From Candidatus Scalindua sp. (lineage in GTDB: Bacteria > Planctomycetota > Brocadiia > Brocadiales > Scalinduaceae): a DNA stretch of 32,000 bases. The stretch covers positions 3,780,001-3,812,000 of the forward strand of contig JALDRA010000001.1 of assembly GCA_031316235.1 (NCBI GenBank), written 5' to 3'. The notes under the pieces were generated by a model, which was given only the letters and a program-made list of their open reading frames with translations, ran no database searches and was not told the DNA's origin. Position numbers and translations under genes: made by a program. Every line of letters starts with the position of its first letter. The first letter of the stretch is position 1. Below are positions 1-8,900 of the stretch, in pieces.

Positions 1-788
1 GGAGGGCAAAAATCAATTCACACCCTCTCAGGTTTAACCTTGCGAATTTTACGGTATGCAATCTCAATTGTGTCATGTGTCAATCCAGAGCTGTCGAAGC
101 TCAAAATAAATCTATTCCCGAGTATGTAACAAAGACCCATGAAAACCTCAGGAACTATTTTGACAAGAAGATTACGCTCTATTTGTCAGGCAATGGTGAA
201 GTCCTGGCCAGAAAGGACACGCGGGAACTTCTTCAGAATTTTGACAGTAAAAAATACAGTAAAGTTGATTTTCAGATCATAACAAACGGATTACTGTTTC
301 AACCACGCATGTGGGAGACAATCAAACATAACAATTTTACCTACGCAAATATCTCAATAGATGCCGCAACGAAGGAGACGTATCAGAAAGTGAGACGTGG
401 TGGGAACTGGGACCAATTGTTGGAAGCTTTGCAGGTATTTAAAAAAGCAAAAGAAGAGGGTAAATTTAGCAGTGTCAACATGAATATGACAGTTATGAAA
501 AGTAATTTCAGAGAAATACCCCAATTTATTGAAATGGCGCGTGCAAGAGGATTCAATTCTCTGTTTACCAAGATCCGGGGGCCATTTAATGACGAAAATA
601 TATTTGAATCAGATAATGAGGAAGCCCTTCAAGAACTAAAAGCGGTACTCTCTGATTCGAATCTTTATGGTGAAGATGTTGATATGAATGAACTACTCAA
701 ATATATCCCTGAAAAATTCCATAAACGAATGGGGAATCACCTTACTTCAATATGGTACCCGGCATTTTTATTGAAAAAGCGTGAATAA
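1..788 (+). CDS. radical SAM enzyme, 5' end outside the window
   Basis: The frame of ORF 75..788 stays open back to nt 3. Codons 57..80 read C-N-L-N-C-V-M-C, the CxxxCxxC 4Fe-4S/SAM cluster motif. Downstream YLSGNGEVL resembles the GGE SAM-binding motif. No C-terminal Cys-rich SPASM/twitch extension is visible. Confidence 0.8.
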   Translation, partial: RAKINSHPLRFNLANFTVCNLNCVMCQSRAVEAQNKSIPEYVTKTHENLRNYFDKKITLYLSGNGEVLARKDTRELLQNFDSKKYSKVDFQIITNGLLFQPRMWETIKHNNFTYANISIDAATKETYQKVRRGGNWDQLLEALQVFKKAKEEGKFSSVNMNMTVMKSNFREIPQFIEMARARGFNSLFTKIRGPFNDENIFESDNEEALQELKAVLSDSNLYGEDVDMNELLKYIPEKFHKRMGNHLTSIWYPAFLLKKRE

Positions 789-828
789 GGTCTGTGGTTT
801 TTCACATGATTTTTTTTGAACCTGGAGT

Positions 829-836
829 GGCGGTAT
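829..836 (+). promoter_or_regulatory. ops-like 7/8 motif (GGCGGTAT) in the leader upstream of wzm
   Basis: gtGGCGGTATatttg lies in the 788..935 intergenic gap on the sense strand, about 100 nt before the wzm ATG. It shares GGCGGTA plus a downstream TTTG with the exact ops core at 16789. Confidence 0.3.
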
Positions 837-934
837 ATTTGATTTGTATGAAAAACAGGGTTTTTATTAAAAGGAATTTAAGGATAGAGATAATAAGTTT
901 TTTAAGATTGAATTAATTGAGGTATAGAAATAGG

Positions 935-1765
935 ATGGAATTAAATAGCGATATGCGAACCATTATTAAACCAAGATCTGGATGGGAATTATTAAATTTA
1001 AGAGAACTGATAGAATACAGGGACCTGTTTTTTTTTACTGTCTGGCGTGATATCACAGCTCAATACGCTCAAACGGTTTTGGGCTTTTCATGGGCCATAA
1101 TCCAACCACTCGTGCAGATTGTACTTTTCTCCATTATATTCGGAAAGATTGCCAGGGTGTCTACAGACGGTGTCCCTTATCTCTTGTTTTCAAGTGTGGC
1201 GATCATACCCTGGACATACATGTCTCAGAGCATGACGATGTCTAGCCAGAGCCTTGTTCTGGGGTCGAAGATGCTTGGGAAGATATATTTTCCCAGGTTA
1301 ATCTACCCCATAACACCAGTTTTGTCTAATCTGGTAAATTTCGGTATTTCTATTATAATTATATTCTTCATAATGTTTTATTACCGTGTTTCCCCCACAT
1401 GGAACCTGCTTTATTTGCCATTGTTTTTTGTTATGATGATATCTGTTCCTCTTAGTGCAGGTCTGTGGCTATCTTCCCTCGCTATTCGCTATCGTGATGT
1501 AAAACATGGTATGCCCTTTTTTATCCAGATACTGATGTACACAGCGCCAATAGTATATACTGCTTCATCAGTACCTGAAAAATATCGCATGATCTACTCA
1601 ATAAATCCGATAGTAGGGGTTATTGAAGGATATAGGGCCTGTTTGCTCGGTACCGCTGTGCCCTGGCTTTATATCTGGCCAGGAATGGTTACAGCTGTCA
1701 TCCTGGTCATAAGCGGTGCATTTTATTTCAGGCGGTTTGAAAAAATTATTGTAGACGTTATTTAA
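935..1765 (+). CDS. wzm: ABC-2 type polysaccharide/O-antigen export permease (Wzm/KpsM/TagG-like)
   Basis: About six hydrophobic segments. The N-terminus LLNLRELIEYRDLFFFTVWRDITAQYAQTVLGFSWAIIQPL is typical of ABC-2 glycan-export permeases. It sits immediately upstream of the ATPase. The track's start at 917 is a TTG with no RBS. ATG 935 follows gaggt at 921..925, so I prefer 935. Confidence 0.85.
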   Translation: MELNSDMRTIIKPRSGWELLNLRELIEYRDLFFFTVWRDITAQYAQTVLGFSWAIIQPLVQIVLFSIIFGKIARVSTDGVPYLLFSSVAIIPWTYMSQSMTMSSQSLVLGSKMLGKIYFPRLIYPITPVLSNLVNFGISIIIIFFIMFYYRVSPTWNLLYLPLFFVMMISVPLSAGLWLSSLAIRYRDVKHGMPFFIQILMYTAPIVYTASSVPEKYRMIYSINPIVGVIEGYRACLLGTAVPWLYIWPGMVTAVILVISGAFYFRRFEKIIVDVI

Positions 1766-1799
1766 AGAAGAGATTTTTTCTGATAATGCAGGTACCGAA

Positions 1800-3149
1800 A
1801 TGAATGACAAAGACATAGCAATCAAAGTAGAGAATATAGGCAAATGCTATCGCATAGGGATGAAAGAGAATGTGCACGATACATTTGGTAAATCCATGTT
1901 CAATTTTTTAAAAAACCCTCTTAAAAACTATCTTAAATATCGATCACTTTATAATTTTAACGATATTAGTCCTGATCAGGACAACAACCATTCGGATATT
2001 GTATGGGCGTTAAGAGATGTTTCCTTTGAAGTGAAAAAAGGTGAAGTTGTGGGCATTATAGGAATAAATGGTGCAGGAAAATCCACTCTCCTTAAAATAC
2101 TTTCCAAAATTACAGCTCCAACAACCGGTCGTGCCACAATTTATGGAAGGATTTCCAGCCTTCTGGAGGTAGGTACCGGTTTCCATCAGGAACTTACCGG
2201 CAGGGAAAACGTATATCTTAACGGTACTATATTGGGGATGAGAAAAAAAGAGATAGACCAGAAGTTTGATGAAATTGTGGACTTCTCCGGTATAGAAAAG
2301 TTTATTGATACCCCCGTTAAACGTTATTCCAGCGGAATGCGGGTTCGCCTGGCTTTTGCAGTTGCTGCCTATCTGGAGCCTGAAATATTACTCATAGACG
2401 AGGTGCTGGCTGTAGGAGATGTCCGTTTTCAGAAGAAATGCTTAGACAAGATGAAGGATGTAGGGCATCAAGGCCGTACAGTGCTTTTTGTGTCTCACAA
2501 TATGCAGGTTGTTACACGACTTTGTCCGCGGACCATTCTGCTCAATGGTGGGAGAGTACAGGAAGATGGGCCATCGCATCATATAGTTGGTGTCTATATG
2601 AATTGTGAAAGAGCCATGAAGTCTGAGCGCGAATGGAACGATCTGACCAAAGCTCCAGGTGATGAAGTGGTTCGCTTATGTGCCATACGGGTGAAAACGG
2701 AAGAAGGCCAGGTTGCAGTGGCTATGGACATCCATCGACCGGTGAAGATTGAGATCGAATATGAGGTTCTCAAGCCTGGTCATGTACTAGTGGTTTATTA
2801 TCACGTCATCAACGAGGACGGTATAGAAGTCTTCACGCCAGTAGACAGTGATCCAAACTGGAGAGGGAAACCGCGTCCGGTTGGACGATATATAAGTACA
2901 TCCTTGATTCCTGCCAACCTCTTATCGGAAGGACTCTTATTTATTGGGCCGCGCATAAGAACCTTACATCCTGAGGTTCGTCGTGTACAAGTGAAGGATG
3001 CGGTTGCATTTCAAGTCGTTGACAATATCGATAATACGGTACGTGGAGAATTGTCTGGGAGGTTTACTGGTGTTGTGAGCCCCCACTTGAAGTGGGAAAC
3101 ACAGTTTGGATCATGCGAAGGTAAGACTCCTGCAATAATGGGTGACTGA
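1800..3149 (+). CDS. wzt: ABC glycan-export ATPase with ~180-aa C-terminal extension (Wzt-like)
   Basis: Walker A GINGAGKST, signature YSSGMRVRLAFA, Walker B LLIDEVLAVGD, H-loop VSHN. The residues after about aa 270 form an extra beta-rich domain, placed where Wzt proteins carry their glycan-cap-binding module. Confidence 0.9.
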   Translation: MNDKDIAIKVENIGKCYRIGMKENVHDTFGKSMFNFLKNPLKNYLKYRSLYNFNDISPDQDNNHSDIVWALRDVSFEVKKGEVVGIIGINGAGKSTLLKILSKITAPTTGRATIYGRISSLLEVGTGFHQELTGRENVYLNGTILGMRKKEIDQKFDEIVDFSGIEKFIDTPVKRYSSGMRVRLAFAVAAYLEPEILLIDEVLAVGDVRFQKKCLDKMKDVGHQGRTVLFVSHNMQVVTRLCPRTILLNGGRVQEDGPSHHIVGVYMNCERAMKSEREWNDLTKAPGDEVVRLCAIRVKTEEGQVAVAMDIHRPVKIEIEYEVLKPGHVLVVYYHVINEDGIEVFTPVDSDPNWRGKPRPVGRYISTSLIPANLLSEGLLFIGPRIRTLHPEVRRVQVKDAVAFQVVDNIDNTVRGELSGRFTGVVSPHLKWETQFGSCEGKTPAIMGD

Positions 3150-3200
3150 AAAAACCAATTAATTATGTTTTATGCGTCTCTTTAAACATTTCTTGCTGTG

Positions 3201-3313
3201 TATACTAAAACCGATTTGGTTTTCGGTTTTACCGGAAACCAAATCTTGGTTGCAGTTATACTCGCTCAATTTTATCTCGGATTGTATCCGAAAACCATTA
3301 TGAGATGAGTATA
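3201..3313 (+). repeat. intergenic structured repeat, copy 1 (~113 bp)
   Basis: Roughly 90% identical by hand alignment to 11118..11229, with about 9 mismatches and 1 indel. Bounded by TATACT...GAGTATA. Contains the helices described in the findings. Confidence 0.85.
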
Positions 3314-3370
3314 TCAATGATAGAGTTCATTAGAAAAGAACCTAGGACTTTTTTCAGGAGGAGATTAGAT

Positions 3371-4252
3371 ATGTCGCTCAGTGATCAGGGGACTTTTCAG
3401 GCTTATTGTTCGCATTTAATGCGTGTTCCCTTACGCTATATAAAAAATAGAGTTAGATTCAAAAAAAAATTCTCTAACGAAATACTTTATTTGAAAGGTA
3501 GAACACAAACCAATAATACAAATCAAAGTATTTTGTTGTTTACAAGTCAGCGTTGTGCATCAGTTTATGTTAAAAATATTATACAAAGACTTGTAGAAGA
3601 GGTTGGAATGGCACATATCAATCTTGCTAATTACGCCTGGAAAGGAGGAAAACTACCGAGAAAAACATCCGGGGTATTTAAAAAGTATGGGTATTTTTAC
3701 GGACCTTTTCGAGATTACCCGGATCCCATATACGTTGACAACTTAGATGATTATAAAATAGTGTTAATGCTGAGAGATCCAAGAGACGTCTTAACATCGT
3801 ATTACTTTCATCATGCGCATGAGTCAGTAACAAAAATCAATGGTAATCCTGCTCAGGCGAAATTTATATTAGAGAGAAGTAAAGAAGCATTAAGCAAAAC
3901 TTTAGATGAATGGGTTTTAGATACAACCCCAATGTATCTAAAAATATACCAGACTTATGCTGAAGAAATATTTAGCAGACCAAATACTCTTTTTTTAAAA
4001 TACGAGGATATGGTTCAAGATTTCGATGGCTGGCTTCAAAAATTGCTTGAATTCCTAGCTCTGGATACAAGCCAAAATACGATTAATGAAATATTGCAAA
4101 AAGCCAATTTTAAGGTTGATCGAGAAGACGTGAAAGCACATAAGAGGCAAGTTGCGCCTGGTGATCACAAGCGTAAGTTAAAAGAAGAGACCATTAAATT
4201 TTTAAATTTAAAATTTAATGATATATTGGCCACTTTTGATTATACACTTTAA
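3371..4252 (+). CDS. sulfotransferase (PAPS-dependent family)
   Basis: VLMLRDPRDVLTSYYFH is the 3'-phosphate-binding RDPRD motif. A less canonical 5'-PSB region is LLFTSQRCASVY. The maximal ORF starts at 3305, but that ATG lies inside the repeat, and the same ATG runs straight into a stop in copy 2. ATG 3371 follows AGGAGG (3356..3361) at 9-nt spacing. Confidence 0.75.
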   Translation: MSLSDQGTFQAYCSHLMRVPLRYIKNRVRFKKKFSNEILYLKGRTQTNNTNQSILLFTSQRCASVYVKNIIQRLVEEVGMAHINLANYAWKGGKLPRKTSGVFKKYGYFYGPFRDYPDPIYVDNLDDYKIVLMLRDPRDVLTSYYFHHAHESVTKINGNPAQAKFILERSKEALSKTLDEWVLDTTPMYLKIYQTYAEEIFSRPNTLFLKYEDMVQDFDGWLQKLLEFLALDTSQNTINEILQKANFKVDREDVKAHKRQVAPGDHKRKLKEETIKFLNLKFNDILATFDYTL

Positions 4253-4286
4253 GTAGCAAGGAAAAGTAAAACAGAAAATATCTAAA

Positions 4287-5495
4287 ATGAGATTAGATAA
4301 GAAAACAGCATTTCAATATATGAAAATAGAAAATGGAGCCAGGCGAAGATTTTGCCTACAGCAAAATCTTCTTAGTCTAGTCTGGATACTGTTCATCGCA
4401 AATAATCCACTGCGTCCAATCAACAGATCTGGCTCAGATATGAAAACATACAGGTTCATTATCAGATACCTCAGGAATGAGTATAGATTTATTAAAAAAA
4501 ATGTAATAATTTTTATTACTTTTATTTATTACAAGTATACATCGCAGAGAATTGGTTCCGTGACAGAATTACCTTTCTATGGGCAGATATGTGTCCAAGT
4601 CCATAAGGGGTATAAAATATTTGATTTTCGCAGGGGAACGGTAGTAAAGGTTTTTGACCATAACACTGATTCTTCTTTTATCATGAGTGAAATAGAACAG
4701 TTGAAATTTACTTCTCAAATTGATTTTGCTCCCTCTTTAAAAAGGTGGAATATTGAGGATCGATGGTATGAAGAAGACTATATGAGTGGCTCCCTGGATG
4801 ATCCAAACAGGCCACTGGATTCCCGGGAGTTATTAAAAAAGTTTTGTAATGATTTAGTCCAATGTATAAATAATTTGATATCGTTTCAACAACCAATAAC
4901 AATAAATGCTGTAGAGCATGTTCACAAGATTGTTGAGATCAGCAGATTGTCAAGGCAGGAATTTACTGAACGAGAATTTAATATAATAGAAAAATTTCTT
5001 GACTCCATGATGGAGAATTTACATATCAGCGGGGATTGTGATATTCAACTGGTCTTTACCCATGGAGATTTTTGCCCGGCAAATATGCTGAAGACAAAGC
5101 ATGGATTAAAAGTAGTTGATTGGGAAGGGGCCTCGTTTAGGAGTCTATTGTTTGATTTTTACAGTTTCTTTTTTTATCTGCCTGTTACGAAAAATATTCC
5201 TGTGGATAGGGTAATTTCAGAGATCAATGAAGCGTTACCAATTTTAGTTTCCAGCCTAGCCAGGAATGCTCCCGCCATTTCTCATGGCTTATTACATTTG
5301 GAAAAAGTATATCGCCGACTATACTACATTGAGCGAGTTTGTATGCTTGTGGAACGTAAAGCTACTGATAAGAACTTAGATATCATGGGATTTATTTTGC
5401 GATATATTGAAGTGTTTGATTGTTATGATGAGTTAATTACCTGTACCGTTCATGCGGGTAAACGAAAGTTTAACAAAACTATTTCGGCAGGTTAA
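4287..5495 (+). CDS. APH/choline-kinase/LPS-kinase-fold phosphotransferase-like protein
   Basis: FTHGDFCPANML...VVDWEGA matches the HGDxxxxN catalytic loop plus the DWE (DxD-equivalent) motif of the APH/ChoK/LPS-kinase fold. The N-lobe TVVKVF supplies a candidate catalytic Lys. The start is uncertain; in-frame ATGs lie at 4287, 4320 and 4440. Confidence 0.65.
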   Translation: MRLDKKTAFQYMKIENGARRRFCLQQNLLSLVWILFIANNPLRPINRSGSDMKTYRFIIRYLRNEYRFIKKNVIIFITFIYYKYTSQRIGSVTELPFYGQICVQVHKGYKIFDFRRGTVVKVFDHNTDSSFIMSEIEQLKFTSQIDFAPSLKRWNIEDRWYEEDYMSGSLDDPNRPLDSRELLKKFCNDLVQCINNLISFQQPITINAVEHVHKIVEISRLSRQEFTEREFNIIEKFLDSMMENLHISGDCDIQLVFTHGDFCPANMLKTKHGLKVVDWEGASFRSLLFDFYSFFFYLPVTKNIPVDRVISEINEALPILVSSLARNAPAISHGLLHLEKVYRRLYYIERVCMLVERKATDKNLDIMGFILRYIEVFDCYDELITCTVHAGKRKFNKTISAG

Positions 5496-5497
5496 TT

Positions 5498-5769
5498 AAC
5501 ATCTTTTATATTGTATCAGGGACTGAAAGCAGATATGACGCTATAAAGAGAATACTTCTCACCATAGATTGTGACGGTGGATTCATAGCATATCTTAATG
5601 GAATAGGAGTAATTCGAAACAAGGTTAGAATGTATGAGGTTTAGACATTAGCGGTTTCATCCATGAACTCTTACCCGGTACCAACGTATGGAGTATACAG
5701 GTTTTTAATGATAAAATTGACAGTGAGGCCTTCACGTTTATACCTGCACTTAAGTTTATTGAGGAATAA
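5498..5769 (+). pseudogene. remnant of the C-terminal domain of a secreted protein, frameshifted
   Basis: Frame 2 reads ...LLTIDCDGGFIAYLNGIGVIRNKVRMYEV*. Frame 1 continues GLDISGFIHELLPGTNVWSIQVFNDKIDSEAFTFIPALKFIEE*. Together these resemble the (Y)DDGF(V)AYLNG...DIS..L.PG.NV.AIQ..N....S.F...P.L pattern seen at the ends of many secreted carbohydrate-associated proteins. There is no start or upstream body. The frames join if the GG at 5638..5639 were GGG. Confidence 0.35.
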
Positions 5770-5933
5770 TTTAAAAATGAATCAGAATGGAAATGGTTTT
5801 ACAAAGTACTCAGATACGTCACAAGATACGTACTGCTTACAGAAAAATAAGGGGTTAGCAATATGCACGACTACACTGTCTAATATCAGAGTGAAGCTGT
5901 TTAGTTCGGATGCGGTGAAAGGAGCTATATTCC

Positions 5934-8900
5934 ATGTTTAAAAGGATCCCTGTCAATAAAATTACAAGCTTTGAAAGAGGGGTTGTGCGTCTTCAATTAT
6001 ACTGTATTCCCATTTTTGTTTTTTTTCTGTTTATACCATTCCTAATGCGCACTGACGATGTATACGGGCAATGTGCCTCTAATGCGAAATATATTATTTT
6101 GATGATTGCAGACGGAAACGGGATAAAACATAATGAAGCCACGAATAAATATACGGGTGTTACCCCCTATTACCAGTCTGCTCCTGAATGGCTGAATTAC
6201 TTTGTGTCAACTTTCCATTCCGGAGGTAGTTATAACACAACAAGCTGCTGGAACAGTTTCAGTTACGTGATATCAGACAGTGCCAAGAATATAACTGACA
6301 GTGCAGCAGCAGCAAGCGCGCTTTACTCTGGTACAAAGACAGCAAAAAGAATATCAGTGTCACAGCGGATGATGCTGACCGTTTATTGAGTATTGGAGAG
6401 ATAGCAAAAACATTGAATATGGCAGTTGGCGCTATTACCACTGTGCCTGTTTCACACGCAACACCCGGTGCCTGGACATCTCACAATAACGATCGTGGTA
6501 ATGGCTATGCTATTGCGGATGAAGGACTTTTCGGAAACCCGAATTCTACCTGTACTACCTGTACGCCACCTCTGGACCCGTTGTATGTGGGCGGGCATGG
6601 GTCAACACTTCCAACGGTTGATGTTCTCATCGGAGACAGAAGAAGTGGATACGTTAATTCTGCTATCAGGGATAAGCTGATAAATGATAACAGTTATACC
6701 TCGTGGAGCGTACAACGGAGTAGATGGCGGCGATGCCTTGTCAGCCGCAGCCAATAATCCCGGAGTAACCAGACTGGCAGGGTTGTTTGATCATATCTAT
6801 CACACTGCCGACGATTCCGGCTTTGCCGGAACCGTTACAACCAACCCGAACCTCGAAAATCCGACACTTGTAGATAGCACCAATGCTGCTCTGACCGTCC
6901 TGGGTCGTAATTCAAACGGTTTTGTTCTTATGATTGAGGGAGGGGCTGTTGATTGGGCAGCACATGCTAATATGATGGATGATATGATAGGAGAAAAGAG
7001 AGATTTTGATGCAGCGGTACAGGCTGTCATTGACTGGGTGGAAGATGAAACGAATGATAGCAGCTGGAACAACACACTGGTTATTGTCACAAGCGACCAT
7101 GAAACCGGCTATCTCACTCCCAGCCGTAATTTTATAACGGACACTTCAGATCCGCGTTACGATCAGAATGACCCTCTCGGCCGATTTCCTGATATCAGCG
7201 ACACCACACTTGCATTGGAAAAGATTGTTGCCGGCACAGGGGGACTCCGTGCAAGCTGGAAAGACTCCAATAGTAACAACAGTATTGATACAGGAGAAAC
7301 AGTATACTGGGTATGGAATAGGGTGATCATTCAAACAGTCTGGTGCCACTTTTTGTACGTGGTGTTGGCGCAGGACTGTTTGCGACCTATGCAACGGAAA
7401 CTGACACATACCGCGGTGCCTATCTTGATAATACAAATATTTTTGATGTGATGAATAGCGTCATTATGAATGCACCGCCCAACACGCCTCCAGCAGCCAT
7501 TGTAGATTCCGCAGCGACACAGAAAGGCACCCTTGTTACTATTAATGTGATTGCCAATGATTACGATATAGATGGTACGATTAACCCTGCCACGGTAACG
7601 GTTGCAGATGTACCCGGCAATGGTACGGCAGTGTCCAGGGCCGATGGGACCGTCGATTATACACCTGTCACAGGATTTTCAGGTCAGGATAGCTTTACCT
7701 ATACGGTTGCGGATGCCTGCGGAACAAGCTCTAACGTGTCAACGGTAACGATAACTGTCAACCCGGGAGGTACGCCTGTGATGACAAGTCCAGTACCCGG
7801 TTCAACCTTAACGACATCAACAGTTACCTTTCAATGGAGCACTGGTACCGGAGTTAGCGTATATTGGCTGGGAGCAGGTACAAGCTTTACATCAGTAAAT
7901 ACTCCACCATATGGAGACATATATGGCGCGTCAACACTGAAAAGAACAACGCAACAGGTAACCGGAATTCCCATAAACGGGAATCCGGTGTATGTTAGAT
8001 TATGGTGGAAGATCGGTACTGGAGCGTGGACTTATAGCGACTATACGTACCAGACACAGGAAGCAGTAATCAGGCACCTGTTGCCAATAACGACACTGCA
8101 GCAACAACAGTGGATACCCTGGTAAATATTAACGTGACAGCAAATGATACCGATTCAGACGGCACGATTTACCCTGCCACTGTCGCTGTAATAAGTGCAC
8201 CGGCTAATGGAACGGCAGTGCCAAAAGTTAATGGTACAGTGGATTATACAGCTGCCATGGGGTATACGGGTCAGGATACTTTTACCTATACGGTGAACGA
8301 CAATCTGGGGGCTACCTCCAACGCGGCGACCGTAACGGTTACGGTCAACCCGGGAGGTACGCCTGCGATTACAAGTCCTGCACCAGGTTTTACTTTAACC
8401 TCATCGACTGTTACCTTTCAATGGAATTTCGTCTCGGGAGTAAGCAGGTACTGGCTGGGAGTGGGGACAAGCTTTGCATCAGTAAGCACACCGCCATGGG
8501 GGGATATATACAGCGCGTCATCCGGGATAAATACAATGCAGCAGGTAACCGGAATCCCCATAAACGGGAATCCGGTGTATGTTAGATTGTGGTGCAAGAT
8601 TGGCACTGAAGCGTCGACTTATAGAGACTATACTTACCAGACACAGATAACCGGCAATCAAACACCTGTGATAACAAGTCCTATACCTGGTTCGACCTTA
8701 ACGACATCAACGGTAAACTTTCAATGGAGTGCCGGCACCGGAGTTAGCGTATACTGGCTGGGAGTAGGTACAAGCTTTTCATCAGTAAATACTCCGCCAT
8801 ATGGAGACATATATGGCGCATCAACACTCAAAAGAATAACGCAACAGGTAACAGGAATTCCTATGAACGGCAGTCTGGTGTATGTAAGATTGTGGTGGAA

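Noticed and set aside
3305-3370. Upstream extension of sulfotransferase #1 (MSISMIEFIRKEPRTFFRRRLD)
   Set aside because: ATG 3305 belongs to the repeat element (..ATGAGATGAGTATA). In copy 2 the equivalent ATG terminates after a few codons. A strong AGGAGG precedes ATG 3371. The extension remains possible but is less likely.
5663-5941. 92-aa + strand ORF in the 5.5-5.9 kb gap
   Set aside because: It overlaps the two-frame gene remnant in a third frame and its end overlaps the phosphatase start. The sequence has no recognisable features. It is more likely a chance ORF in a degraded region.
6426-6680. Alternative-frame + strand ORFs nested in real genes (6426..6680, 10549..10740, 13460..13642, 18377..18592)
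   Set aside because: They are entirely contained within longer ORFs that carry the family motifs, with no independent support.
6344-8060. Programmed ribosomal frameshifting as the explanation for the split phosphatase
   Set aside because: Four to five shifts in one gene, with no slippery heptamer plus downstream structure at the junctions, do not look like any known programmed system. Decay or consensus error is more parsimonious.
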